The notes under the pieces are model-generated. The model searched no databases and was not told where the DNA came from. It saw only the letters and a program-made list of their open reading frames with translations. Made by a program: the position numbers and the translations under genes. Of a stretch of DNA of 64,000 nt, positions 56,121 through 64,000 are shown piece after piece. The stretch is taken from NCBI GenBank assembly GCA_018671245.1, contig JABHIB010000007.1:6650-70649 (forward strand). The letters run 5' to 3'. The DNA is from an archaeon (GTDB lineage: Archaea; Nanobdellota; Nanobdellia; SCGC-AAA011-G17; PNOQ01). Each line of letters starts with the position of its first letter. The stretch's first letter is position 1.

Positions 56121-58718
56121 ATGGCAAGAAGAAAAAGAAAAGACGATTCAGAACAATCAGGTGTAGGAGATTTTACAAAAGGTGAAGTTAGAGATGTTCA
56201 ATATGAACATGGAACTAGATGGAATAAGATGATTAATGCACTATCTGGTAGATCTATAAAGAAAGGAGTATTGGGTATGGCAGTTGCTGGTGCGATTGGT
56301 TATGGGATCGGCAATGAGTTGGTTAACCAATATAATGATAAGCATGTTGCTGGACAGCTTCTTGAAGAGCAAACAAGAATAGAACAACTTGAAGTAGAAA
56401 ATCATAAACTTTTACTTAAAAAAGAATCTGATTTGGTTGAGAAGTCAAAACAATATCTTGTCGATGGGTCATTTGCACAAGCCGATTTTACTTTGAATAT
56501 TGCTGAGTCCTTAAGAAAAGGAGATCAATATCTAGGATTAAGATCTAATATTGCTGATGCTATTGTTGCTGATAATATTGAAAATGAAAGATTAGAAGAT
56601 ATTCTAAGTGTTAGAAATGGTCTTGAGAATCTTAGTATTGATGATAGAACTTCAGATTATGAAATAAAATTTGGAGATAGTCTTTGGAATTTGGCCCCAA
56701 GAGTATGGTCTGCTAGAAATGAAGGTGCTGTTCCTGATATGACTAAAGATTCTGAGGATTTTGTAGAAGTTTATTCTATCTGGGAAGGATTAGTTAATAA
56801 TGTATCTCAAGGTGGTAATCCTACAAATGATCTCGAAGTTGGACAAATAATCAAAGTACCATCAAGTTATGATGAAGTTGCTTCTGTTAATGAAAAAAAT
56901 ATGATTAATTTATCTGATGAATTACTTAGTGTAGTCGAATTAGAGAATAGTTTGTTAACTAATGATTATGATTCGGCCTTGAATATTGTTCAAAGTTTAG
57001 ATGGAGATTATTCTGAATTAGAGAATAGAATTAAGATTCAGAAATCAGATTATGATAAAAAACAATCAAAATCAGAATTGACTACTAAGATTTCAAATTG
57101 TTTAGAAGATTGTAACAGTTTTTTATCTGGTGGCGAATTTGAATCTGCTTTGGAGAGTATTAAAAAAGCTGAAGATCTTTCAGGTTATCGTTTTGAGTTT
57201 TTCAGAGAAAAGATTAGTACAGCTAAGGCTAGTGAATTATCATATGAAGATAGAACTGCTAAAGTTGATAGTCTTAGAAGAAGTGTTGAAGAATTTGGAG
57301 ATTTAGAAGGATCAGCTGGTGCACTTTCAGAATTGAGAGGAGATTATGATAGTCTTGGTGAAAAAGCTAAAACTATGGATAAAGTCGATAATGAAGTTAG
57401 CGAATTCGGCGAGTACAAGAGGGCCAAACTTTCGTTTGATGCTGGAGATTATCTTACAGCTTTAGATAGTATCAAATCTGCAAAAAGCATGAATAAAGTT
57501 AGTTATTCAAGTACTGAAGATGGTGATCAGAGTTCAGAATATTCCGAACTTGAAACTAAAATAAATGCTGCAATCTTTGGAGAGTATAAAACTGAAGTTG
57601 AGAATTTAATTGAATCTGGAGAGTATTTGACTGCTTTAGATAAGTTAGGAGAAGCTAGCGAATATGGCGATATACAGGCTGGTGAAGATGCTATGCTATT
57701 ACAAAAAGCAAAATTCAAACTAGCTATAGGTTACAAAAATGAAGCTGAAGAATTATTTAATGCTGGAAAAGAGAAAGAAGCATTAGATAAACTTGAAGAG
57801 AGTTTAAGTTATGCTAAGTTTTATGGTCAATTTGCTTTGATGGAAACAATGGTTGAAAATGTTGCTTCTAATTATGAACTTGAAATTGAATCATATAATG
57901 AATCTGGAAATTTTGTTGAAGCTATAGAACAATTAGATTTCTATGAGAAAAAGTTAGGAATAACTCGAGATGACTTGAGAGCACCTTTGGTTGAAAGTAG
58001 AGATGCTGAATTTGTTGAACAAGCGAGTGAATTATTTGCTAATGGAAATTTTGAAGAGAGTTTAGATTCTATACTTGCTGGAGAAGAAGTTGCTGGAAGT
58101 ATATATGGCGGGCTTAGAACATCTGTAGTTGATAGTCTTTTGAATATTTATAGAAAAGATGCTACTGAGTTTATAGCTACTGGTAAACTTGATGATGCAC
58201 TGGCTACAGCAGATTTTGCTGAAGAAAGAACTGGTGTTAAACTTCAAGATATTAGAAACTTTGTAGATTCAGAATACATTAGTATTGAAGAGGGCCATCT
58301 TAATCGTGCTGACATATTATTTGGAGTTGGAAATTACGATGAAGCGCTTTCTGCTCTTGATGATGCGGAATCTATCGGGTTTGAAGGAAAGTATTCTGAT
58401 TTAAGGGGTTCAATTAATGATAAACTTGAAATTTTGGGAAGGTACGAATCTATCGATAGTTCTAATCTAAGTGTTGTATCAAGAGAGGGTGAGAGTGTAT
58501 GGGATTTGGCTGAAACTTATCTTGAAACAAAAGAAAACAGAGAATTTGATTTAGATTACGATGGTGGAGATTACAAGAATAAACCTAAAGATTTAGTTAG
58601 TTTAGCAAATTATGTAATGGAAATAACTAAATTAAATGGTGTAGAAAATCCTTATGAAGATTTGAAAGATGGTAGTATTATAACCCTACCAAAAAATTAT
58701 TTACAGGGGGATAAATAA
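56121..58718 (+). CDS. large acidic membrane-anchored repeat protein with LysM-like segments and about 9 TPR-like G[DEN][YF]xxALxxL repeats
   Basis: It has an N-terminal TM (GVLGMAVAGAIGYGIG), a LysM-like IKFGDSLWNLA...VGQIIKVP segment, and a second LysM-like region near the C-terminus. It has the repeated motif GEYLTALDKL / GNFEESLDSIL / GNYDEALSALDDAES at roughly 40-aa spacing. Confidence 0.5.
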   Translation: MARRKRKDDSEQSGVGDFTKGEVRDVQYEHGTRWNKMINALSGRSIKKGVLGMAVAGAIGYGIGNELVNQYNDKHVAGQLLEEQTRIEQLEVENHKLLLKKESDLVEKSKQYLVDGSFAQADFTLNIAESLRKGDQYLGLRSNIADAIVADNIENERLEDILSVRNGLENLSIDDRTSDYEIKFGDSLWNLAPRVWSARNEGAVPDMTKDSEDFVEVYSIWEGLVNNVSQGGNPTNDLEVGQIIKVPSSYDEVASVNEKNMINLSDELLSVVELENSLLTNDYDSALNIVQSLDGDYSELENRIKIQKSDYDKKQSKSELTTKISNCLEDCNSFLSGGEFESALESIKKAEDLSGYRFEFFREKISTAKASELSYEDRTAKVDSLRRSVEEFGDLEGSAGALSELRGDYDSLGEKAKTMDKVDNEVSEFGEYKRAKLSFDAGDYLTALDSIKSAKSMNKVSYSSTEDGDQSSEYSELETKINAAIFGEYKTEVENLIESGEYLTALDKLGEASEYGDIQAGEDAMLLQKAKFKLAIGYKNEAEELFNAGKEKEALDKLEESLSYAKFYGQFALMETMVENVASNYELEIESYNESGNFVEAIEQLDFYEKKLGITRDDLRAPLVESRDAEFVEQASELFANGNFEESLDSILAGEEVAGSIYGGLRTSVVDSLLNIYRKDATEFIATGKLDDALATADFAEERTGVKLQDIRNFVDSEYISIEEGHLNRADILFGVGNYDEALSALDDAESIGFEGKYSDLRGSINDKLEILGRYESIDSSNLSVVSREGESVWDLAETYLETKENREFDLDYDGGDYKNKPKDLVSLANYVMEITKLNGVENPYEDLKDGSIITLPKNYLQGDK

Positions 58719-58719
58719 A

Positions 58720-59004
58720 ATGTCATATCAAAGAGCAATAATAAACTGTCAAAGGTGTTATGATAGTGTTTCAGGTGGAGTTAAATTTGGTTTATCAAAA
58801 CCTACAGACATGGTTCATGAATTGAGAAATAATGCAATGGAATCTCTAGAAGGTGTGCTTTCTAGAATTTCTGACAATGATCCTGTAGAAGTTGTAGAGT
58901 CTTGTACAACTGCTTTGACTGAGTGTCTTAATTGTGAATACATTAGTCCAAGAATCGTTGAAGTCCTTGAAGAGTATATTAGTATACTTAGTGAGGAAAA
59001 ATAA
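58720..59004 (+). CDS. hypothetical Cys-containing protein
   Basis: 94 aa with CQRC and C-x7-C-x2-C. It starts 2 nt after the large gene's stop. Confidence 0.3.
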   Translation: MSYQRAIINCQRCYDSVSGGVKFGLSKPTDMVHELRNNAMESLEGVLSRISDNDPVEVVESCTTALTECLNCEYISPRIVEVLEEYISILSEEK

Positions 59005-59006
59005 AA

Positions 59007-59183
59007 ATGTCAATTTGTAAAATACTAAAAGAGCTGAATGATTCGGTTGAACAGTTTAAATTTGATGAAGTCATAAGATATATAGATTGGAAGCTAGAAC
59101 AAGGAGATGTTCATGCTGCACGTAGAGAGGCTTTAAATTATGGTAGTAAACTAATGGATTATTTTGATAACCAAATGAAATAG
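59007..59183 (+). CDS. hypothetical small protein (58 aa)
   Basis: It is missing from the track. It has an ATG at 59007 and translates MSICKILKELNDSVEQFKFDEVIRYIDWKLEQGDVHAARREALNYGSKLMDYFDNQMK. It is the third in line after the large gene. Confidence 0.25.
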   Translation: MSICKILKELNDSVEQFKFDEVIRYIDWKLEQGDVHAARREALNYGSKLMDYFDNQMK

Positions 59184-59194
59184 TATTATTATAA

Positions 59195-59557
59195 TTAAAT
59201 TATTATTCCTGTGATATGTTGAATGTAATCTAGGAATAGGTGTATAATCGTACCTATCATTAACCAGAATAGGAATTTTAATTTATTATTCTTTCTTCTT
59301 AAAAAATAAAGTATTAATGAACTAACTAGAAATATATTAAATGCTAATATGTTATGTAATGGATAATTATTTATTGATGTGCATGTCCCTATACCTTCTG
59401 GGCAAATGCTTCCAAACCAATCAACCTTTCCGATGATTCTATAATAAATTTTATCTAAGTCTATTAAATTGCCTGCTAGTAATCCATAGAGGATTGTTTT
59501 ATCTTTTTTTATGAAAAAGTATATTGCTAGGGGTAGAATATAGTGTAAAAACCACAT
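59195..59557 (-). CDS. hypothetical integral membrane protein
   Basis: 120 aa with three to four TM helices and conserved His/Asp (LIDLDKI, HLFLDYIQH) that could indicate a membrane metal-dependent hydrolase. Confidence 0.3.
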   Translation of the reverse strand: MWFLHYILPLAIYFFIKKDKTILYGLLAGNLIDLDKIYYRIIGKVDWFGSICPEGIGTCTSINNYPLHNILAFNIFLVSSLILYFLRRKNNKLKFLFWLMIGTIIHLFLDYIQHITGIII

Positions 59558-59558
59558 A

Positions 59559-60158
59559 TTAGTTACCTATCTCTTTAGTTATTATTTCTCTAATAGTATC
59601 TAGGTCAGTCATACCTTCTATTCTTCTTTTGTTGATAAAAATTGTTGGAAGGGTTTTGATTTTTAATCTATCTCCTAATCCTGAGTTTTTTTCTATCATC
59701 TCTTTGTAAATTTCTCCATCAATACATTTTTGCATTTTTGTAACTTTTATCTCTAGTTCCTTTGCGTATTGGTATAGTTTTATGGGAGTTATTGTAGTTA
59801 GTTTTGCATTGAGTAGTGTGTTGTGCATTCTCCATAGTTTATCGCTATCTTTAGAGCATTTTACTCCTTGTGCAGCTATTATTGAGTCGTTTTTTGTTAG
59901 ATAAGGTTTGAATACAAATTTTATATCTTCTGGGAACTCTCTGATTATAGTGTCTATTACTGGATTCATATTTGAAGTGTTTGAGTCTAAATAATCTCCA
60001 AATTCTATGATTGTTATTTCTGCATCTTTTGATCCCAAGAAATCTCTATCCTTTGATGCTATTCTTAATGGGTCCCTAACATAAGTTATTACAACTATAG
60101 AGAATATGATTATGCACAGTACTAATATTATTGATATGTTTAAATTCCCCCCTTTCAT
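59559..60158 (-). CDS. membrane-anchored DsbA-like thioredoxin-fold protein lacking the CxxC active site
   Basis: It has an N-terminal TM and a DsbA-like pattern: IIEFGDYLDSNTSNM where DsbA has FxDyxCPyC, and KTLPTIFINKRRIEG like the cis-Pro loop region. Confidence 0.45.
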   Translation of the reverse strand: MKGGNLNISIILVLCIIIFSIVVITYVRDPLRIASKDRDFLGSKDAEITIIEFGDYLDSNTSNMNPVIDTIIREFPEDIKFVFKPYLTKNDSIIAAQGVKCSKDSDKLWRMHNTLLNAKLTTITPIKLYQYAKELEIKVTKMQKCIDGEIYKEMIEKNSGLGDRLKIKTLPTIFINKRRIEGMTDLDTIREIITKEIGN

Positions 60159-61537
60159 TTTATTGTCAATTCTTCCCCTAATTCTGGAATGTAAGTTTCA
60201 AATCCCTCTTTATCTAATTTTGACTTTATTGCTATTGTTGATTTTTCTTCACCATGAACTATGAATATCTTTTTTGGTTTCTTTTTGAAACCTAAAACCC
60301 ATTTGATTAGTTCATTTGCATCTGCATGAGCTGAGAAACTATTGATTTTTTTTATGTCTGCTTTTACTGCAACTTCTATTCCCATCATTCTTATTTTCTT
60401 TTCTCCTTCTATGATGTGCCTACCTAAAGTTCCTTCTGCCTGATAACCAACAAATAATACTGTATTTTTTGGATCCCAGATTCCGTGTTTGAAGTGGTGC
60501 CTTATTCTTCCTCCGGTACACATTCCACTACCTGCTATAATTATGTGGGGACCTTTGAGTTTATTTAATTTCATTGATTCTTCTGTAGCTAGTGTGTATT
60601 TTAAATTTTTAAAATTGAATGGATCTTTATATTTTCTCAGTGTTTCTGCATCATACATTTCCTTATGTTTTTTGAATATTTCTGTAGCTTTTATTGCTAG
60701 TGGACTGTCCAAGAATATTTTCTCGTTTGGAAGTTTTCCATCTTTTATTAGTTTATTAAATGCATATAATAACTCTTGAGTTCTTTCAATAGCAAATGAA
60801 GGAATTAATAATTTTCCACCTTTTTTGTAAGTCTCCTTTACATATTTTAGAAGTAGGTCATCTCTGATTCCTATATCTTCATGTAGTCTATCTCCATATG
60901 TAGATTCAATTAATACATAATCTGCAGTTTCTATTATTGTTGGGTCTCTGATTATCGGTGCGTCCCATTGCCCTAAATCTCCAGAGAAAACTATTTTCTT
61001 TTCTTTGTTTTTCTCAGTTATATATAACTCTATTATTGCTGAACCTATTATGTGTCCTGCATCTCTATATCTGACTTTTATTCCTTCTGTTATCCTGTAG
61101 GTTTTATTGTATAAAATCTTTCCAAAAGAAGACATGATTGACTTAGCATCCTTAACTTGATATAATGGTTCTCTTTCTGGAAGTCCATTTCTTCTCCTTC
61201 TTCTATTCTCGTAGCTAATCTCTCTTACTTGTAAGTTTGCACTGTCTTCAAGCATGATTTTACAAAGGTCTTTTGTTGCTGTTGTAGCAAATACTTTTCC
61301 TTTAAATCCTTCTTTTTTTAATTTAGGTAATAGTCCGGAATGATCTATGTGTGCATGAGTTAAAAATACATAATCTATTTTTTTTGGATTGAATTTAAAC
61401 GGTTCGTAGTTAAGTTTCGTAATCTCTTTTCTTCCTTGAAACATTCCACAGTCTACTAGAATTTGTTTGTTGTTTGTTGTTATATGGTAGCAAGATCCAG
61501 TAACAATCTTTGCAGCTCCACAAAATTTTATTTTCAT
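60155..61537 (-). CDS. beta-CASP metallo-beta-lactamase ribonuclease (RNase J / aCPSF-like)
   Basis: It has the MBL motif FLTHAHIDHSG, beta-CASP region motifs and a C-terminal His (FIVHGEE). About 460 aa. Confidence 0.75.
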   Translation of the reverse strand: MKIKFCGAAKIVTGSCYHITTNNKQILVDCGMFQGRKEITKLNYEPFKFNPKKIDYVFLTHAHIDHSGLLPKLKKEGFKGKVFATTATKDLCKIMLEDSANLQVREISYENRRRRRNGLPEREPLYQVKDAKSIMSSFGKILYNKTYRITEGIKVRYRDAGHIIGSAIIELYITEKNKEKKIVFSGDLGQWDAPIIRDPTIIETADYVLIESTYGDRLHEDIGIRDDLLLKYVKETYKKGGKLLIPSFAIERTQELLYAFNKLIKDGKLPNEKIFLDSPLAIKATEIFKKHKEMYDAETLRKYKDPFNFKNLKYTLATEESMKLNKLKGPHIIIAGSGMCTGGRIRHHFKHGIWDPKNTVLFVGYQAEGTLGRHIIEGEKKIRMMGIEVAVKADIKKINSFSAHADANELIKWVLGFKKKPKKIFIVHGEEKSTIAIKSKLDKEGFETYIPELGEELTIK

Positions 61538-61610
61538 AGTTACCTCTTTTAGTAGAATTTAGAATTTGTAATATTTAAAGTTAACTAAAAAAAAGAAAAA
61601 GAAAAAGGAT

Positions 61611-62336
61611 CTAAACTGATCCTAGTTCTGGTGCTGGACATCCAGTTGCTTCAGCAAATGCATCAAAAGTTCTCGCATTTTGATAAGGTTCTCCGTTTAT
61701 TTTTATAGTTGGAAATCCTGTAATCTCTTCTTCTTGACATAATTCAGTATCTTCTGTAGGATTTCTTTGGTCATCTTGACATTCGATGTATATTTGCTCC
61801 ATAGTGCCCTTCCCACCAAAAGTACTTACAAGACTTTTACAGTGTCCACACCATCCTGCGGCATAAACTTTAAGACCTTTCTCACCTAAACAATTTGAAA
61901 ATTCTGTGATTTTAACTAAATCTTCTTCAGAATATGTTGATACTGGTTCAGATTGTGTTTGTTGTTCAGGGACTTCTATTGGTTCTGTTAGGTCAATTGC
62001 TTGTAAGAATAAATATCTTCCATTTTTTGTCATGAATATATCCATTTCTTGTCCCATAACTGAAACTGCTGCCTTAACTAATCCTTCCTCTTCTGTTACG
62101 TCTCCTAATTCGGCTACTGCCTGGCCTTGTAGTAGATTTGTATTTATGAATTCTAATGCATTGTCTGCTACTACTGCTCCAGATGGTCCGGAAAGTTTTA
62201 ATCCAGTTCCGCTGAATGCGATAGATGCTATCAATAGTATTCCTAGTACTACGCTACTAATCTTCCATTTGTTTATTTTTTTCTTTTTTGTAATTTGTTT
62301 ATCTTCTGTTGTATGTTCTTCCATTTTTTTCTCCAA
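61611..62336 (-). CDS. membrane-anchored thioredoxin-family thiol-disulfide oxidoreductase
   Basis: It has an N-terminal TM and a C-terminal thioredoxin domain with WCGHCK and the cis-Pro GFPTIKING. Confidence 0.65.
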   Translation of the reverse strand: MEKKMEEHTTEDKQITKKKKINKWKISSVVLGILLIASIAFSGTGLKLSGPSGAVVADNALEFINTNLLQGQAVAELGDVTEEEGLVKAAVSVMGQEMDIFMTKNGRYLFLQAIDLTEPIEVPEQQTQSEPVSTYSEEDLVKITEFSNCLGEKGLKVYAAGWCGHCKSLVSTFGGKGTMEQIYIECQDDQRNPTEDTELCQEEEITGFPTIKINGEPYQNARTFDAFAEATGCPAPELGSV

Positions 62337-62343
62337 AATTAGT

Positions 62344-62724
62344 TTAAATACATTCTATTGTTTTTCTTAGTTCTTCTGGCGAATGTATACCAACGAATTG
62401 TTGATCGTAAATTATCCATGTAGGATATGAAGTGATTCCTGTTTTTTTACAGTTTTCTTCGTTCTTTGAACAGTCCACATAATTTATGTATCTAAAACTT
62501 GTTCCAAATATTCTTTTTTGTTCTTCACATATTGGGCAGTTTTTTGTGATGTATAGTGCTGCCCCTTCTTCTGCAAGACATTTCGCAGTATTTGTTCTTT
62601 CTTTGATTATTGTTGCACCGGTTATATTATTTATTTGGGTTAGTGTGAGTGCTGCAACTATAATTGCAATAAATAGTACTAATGCTATATTTATTCCTCT
62701 CTTCAAAATATAATCATCTCTCAT
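62344..62724 (-). CDS. membrane-anchored glutaredoxin/thioredoxin-like protein
   Basis: It has an N-terminal TM, a CPIC motif after a beta-strand (LYITKNCPICEEQ), and YPTWII resembling the Trx-fold cis-Pro region. Confidence 0.5.
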   Translation of the reverse strand: MRDDYILKRGINIALVLFIAIIVAALTLTQINNITGATIIKERTNTAKCLAEEGAALYITKNCPICEEQKRIFGTSFRYINYVDCSKNEENCKKTGITSYPTWIIYDQQFVGIHSPEELRKTIECI

Positions 62725-62760
62725 TAGTGTTGAAACTGTTAAATAATATATAAATCTTTC

Positions 62761-63174
62761 TTATTCTTTTTTGTTTATTATACCTTTTGTTCGCCTGTAT
62801 CCTTCTATTAATAAGGTTCCCATTGGTTTTCCAGTTATATTTGCATAGTTTAATCTTATCATACTATCTGTTAATGTGTAGATTGCTAGTGATCTTGTGG
62901 GCATACCTAAAAATTCTGTTAGTGAGTAATCATCTACCTTATCTGCTAGTGCTAATTTTATTAATCCTGTTGCTACTCCTAAACCTGCTGAATAATTTGT
63001 TATTTTTGTTTTAGGTATGTTCGCCTTTTCTGCATATTTTTCTTGGGATTCTCCTGGCAATATTCCTAGTGGGGAGTATAGTGCAAGATTTACTAAAAAC
63101 TGATCTACTCTTTTATTATTTGTGTAGTTTGCCTTTCTTAATGTATTAACTATTATTTTTTCTAAGTTTTGCAT
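62761..63174 (-). CDS. hypothetical protein
   Basis: 137 aa. It overlaps the lgt stop by 13 nt so is probably co-transcribed. I recognise no motif. Confidence 0.3.
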   Translation of the reverse strand: MQNLEKIIVNTLRKANYTNNKRVDQFLVNLALYSPLGILPGESQEKYAEKANIPKTKITNYSAGLGVATGLIKLALADKVDDYSLTEFLGMPTRSLAIYTLTDSMIRLNYANITGKPMGTLLIEGYRRTKGIINKKE

Positions 63175-63902
63175 TTTGTTATTTTGTTTAACATAATTAT
63201 AGCTAGTATTGCCATAGGTATTGAGATTAGTTGAGATAGAGTTAGGCTATAATATATTGTGTCCCAATCTCTGAAAAATTCTACGAAGAATCTTAAGATT
63301 GAGTATATTGCTACAAATGACCAAAATACAACTCCTTTTTTTAAATGTTTTATTTTTATCATGTTATATAGTGTTATAAAAATTATTAGATTTTTTAGTG
63401 ATTCATAAATCTGAGAGGGGTGCCTTTTTCCTTCAACATCTCTTATTGATATTCCCCATGGTAAATTTGTTAGTCTCCCATATAATTCTTGGTTTATTAG
63501 ATTTGCAATCCTTCCAAATATTAGTGCGAATGCTAAAGGAACTACTAGTATATCTGCTAGATCATAGAATTCTATTTTTCTTTTTTTACAAAAGATTAGT
63601 GCTGCTATTACTGCTCCTAACAATCCTCCTTGGAAGGCCATTCCTCCGTGCCAAACTGCAATCATTTCAATTGGATTTTGTAAATAGTAATTTGGTATAG
63701 AAATTATGTGCCCCAATCTTGCACCAATTATTGCTGAAGGTATTAGGTAGATAAAGAAATCTTGAATGTCTGTTTTTGATATATCTCTATATTTTGTTAG
63801 TTTTGTTGCTATGAAAATTCCTGCTAAAAATCCTAGCGCCATGATTAAGCCGTACCATTTTATTGTTATTGGACCTATATTTACTAAAACTGGATCTATC
63901 AT
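63162..63902 (-). CDS. lgt: prolipoprotein diacylglyceryl transferase
   Basis: It has the Lgt blocks GPITIKWYGL, GARLGH, WHGGMAFQGGLLG, and the signature GRIANLINQELYGRLTNLPWG, with multiple TM helices. Confidence 0.85.
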   Translation of the reverse strand: MIDPVLVNIGPITIKWYGLIMALGFLAGIFIATKLTKYRDISKTDIQDFFIYLIPSAIIGARLGHIISIPNYYLQNPIEMIAVWHGGMAFQGGLLGAVIAALIFCKKRKIEFYDLADILVVPLAFALIFGRIANLINQELYGRLTNLPWGISIRDVEGKRHPSQIYESLKNLIIFITLYNMIKIKHLKKGVVFWSFVAIYSILRFFVEFFRDWDTIYYSLTLSQLISIPMAILAIIMLNKITKCKT

Positions 63903-64000
63903 TTATTTGTTAACTATTTATTATTATTAAAATGTTTTCTTTCTATCTATCGAAATGTTTTTAAAGAAATTAGGTTTAAGTCTAGTATGTTATGTTTAAT

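Overview
This 64 kb window is AT-rich (roughly 30% GC) and gene-dense, and it most likely comes from a small-genome archaeon, plausibly a DPANN-type lineage. Placing it in DPANN is an inference from gene content only. The backbone is archaeal informational genes. These include the RpoE-Spt4-eS24-eS31 cluster, the eS6 and aIF2-gamma genes followed by aIF5B, the L7Ae-eS28-eL24-Ndk cluster, uL16(L10e) and eL33(L35Ae). Also present are archaeal-type GluRS and TyrRS, XPD helicase, endonuclease III, DNA gyrase GyrB/GyrA, PEP synthase, an NcsA/SAMP/E1 tRNA-thiolation module, a beta-CASP RNase and one tRNA-Val(UAC). Among these sit bacterial-like and accessory genes. The bacterial-like set is a complete lipoprotein pathway (LspA and Lgt) with predicted lipobox proteins, a secreted NlpC/P60 peptidase, an MsbA-like ABC exporter, a PLD/cardiolipin-synthase-like enzyme, and a RelA/SpoT-type HD hydrolase. 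The accessory set includes a split RHS/YD-repeat C-terminal toxin module with an in-frame TGA, three proteins carrying Pol-beta nucleotidyltransferase motifs, and a two-ATP-grasp plus FGase-like amidohydrolase cassette next to ribosomal protein genes. It also includes a four-gene operon of unknown function with a split xylose-isomerase-like TIM barrel, several unusual surface proteins, and a 219-codon open frame with an HExxH motif but no canonical start codon. I saw no CRISPR array, transposase or integrase. Features I mapped by hand (Spt4, eL24, the tRNA, hairpins, promoters) may be off by about 1 nt.
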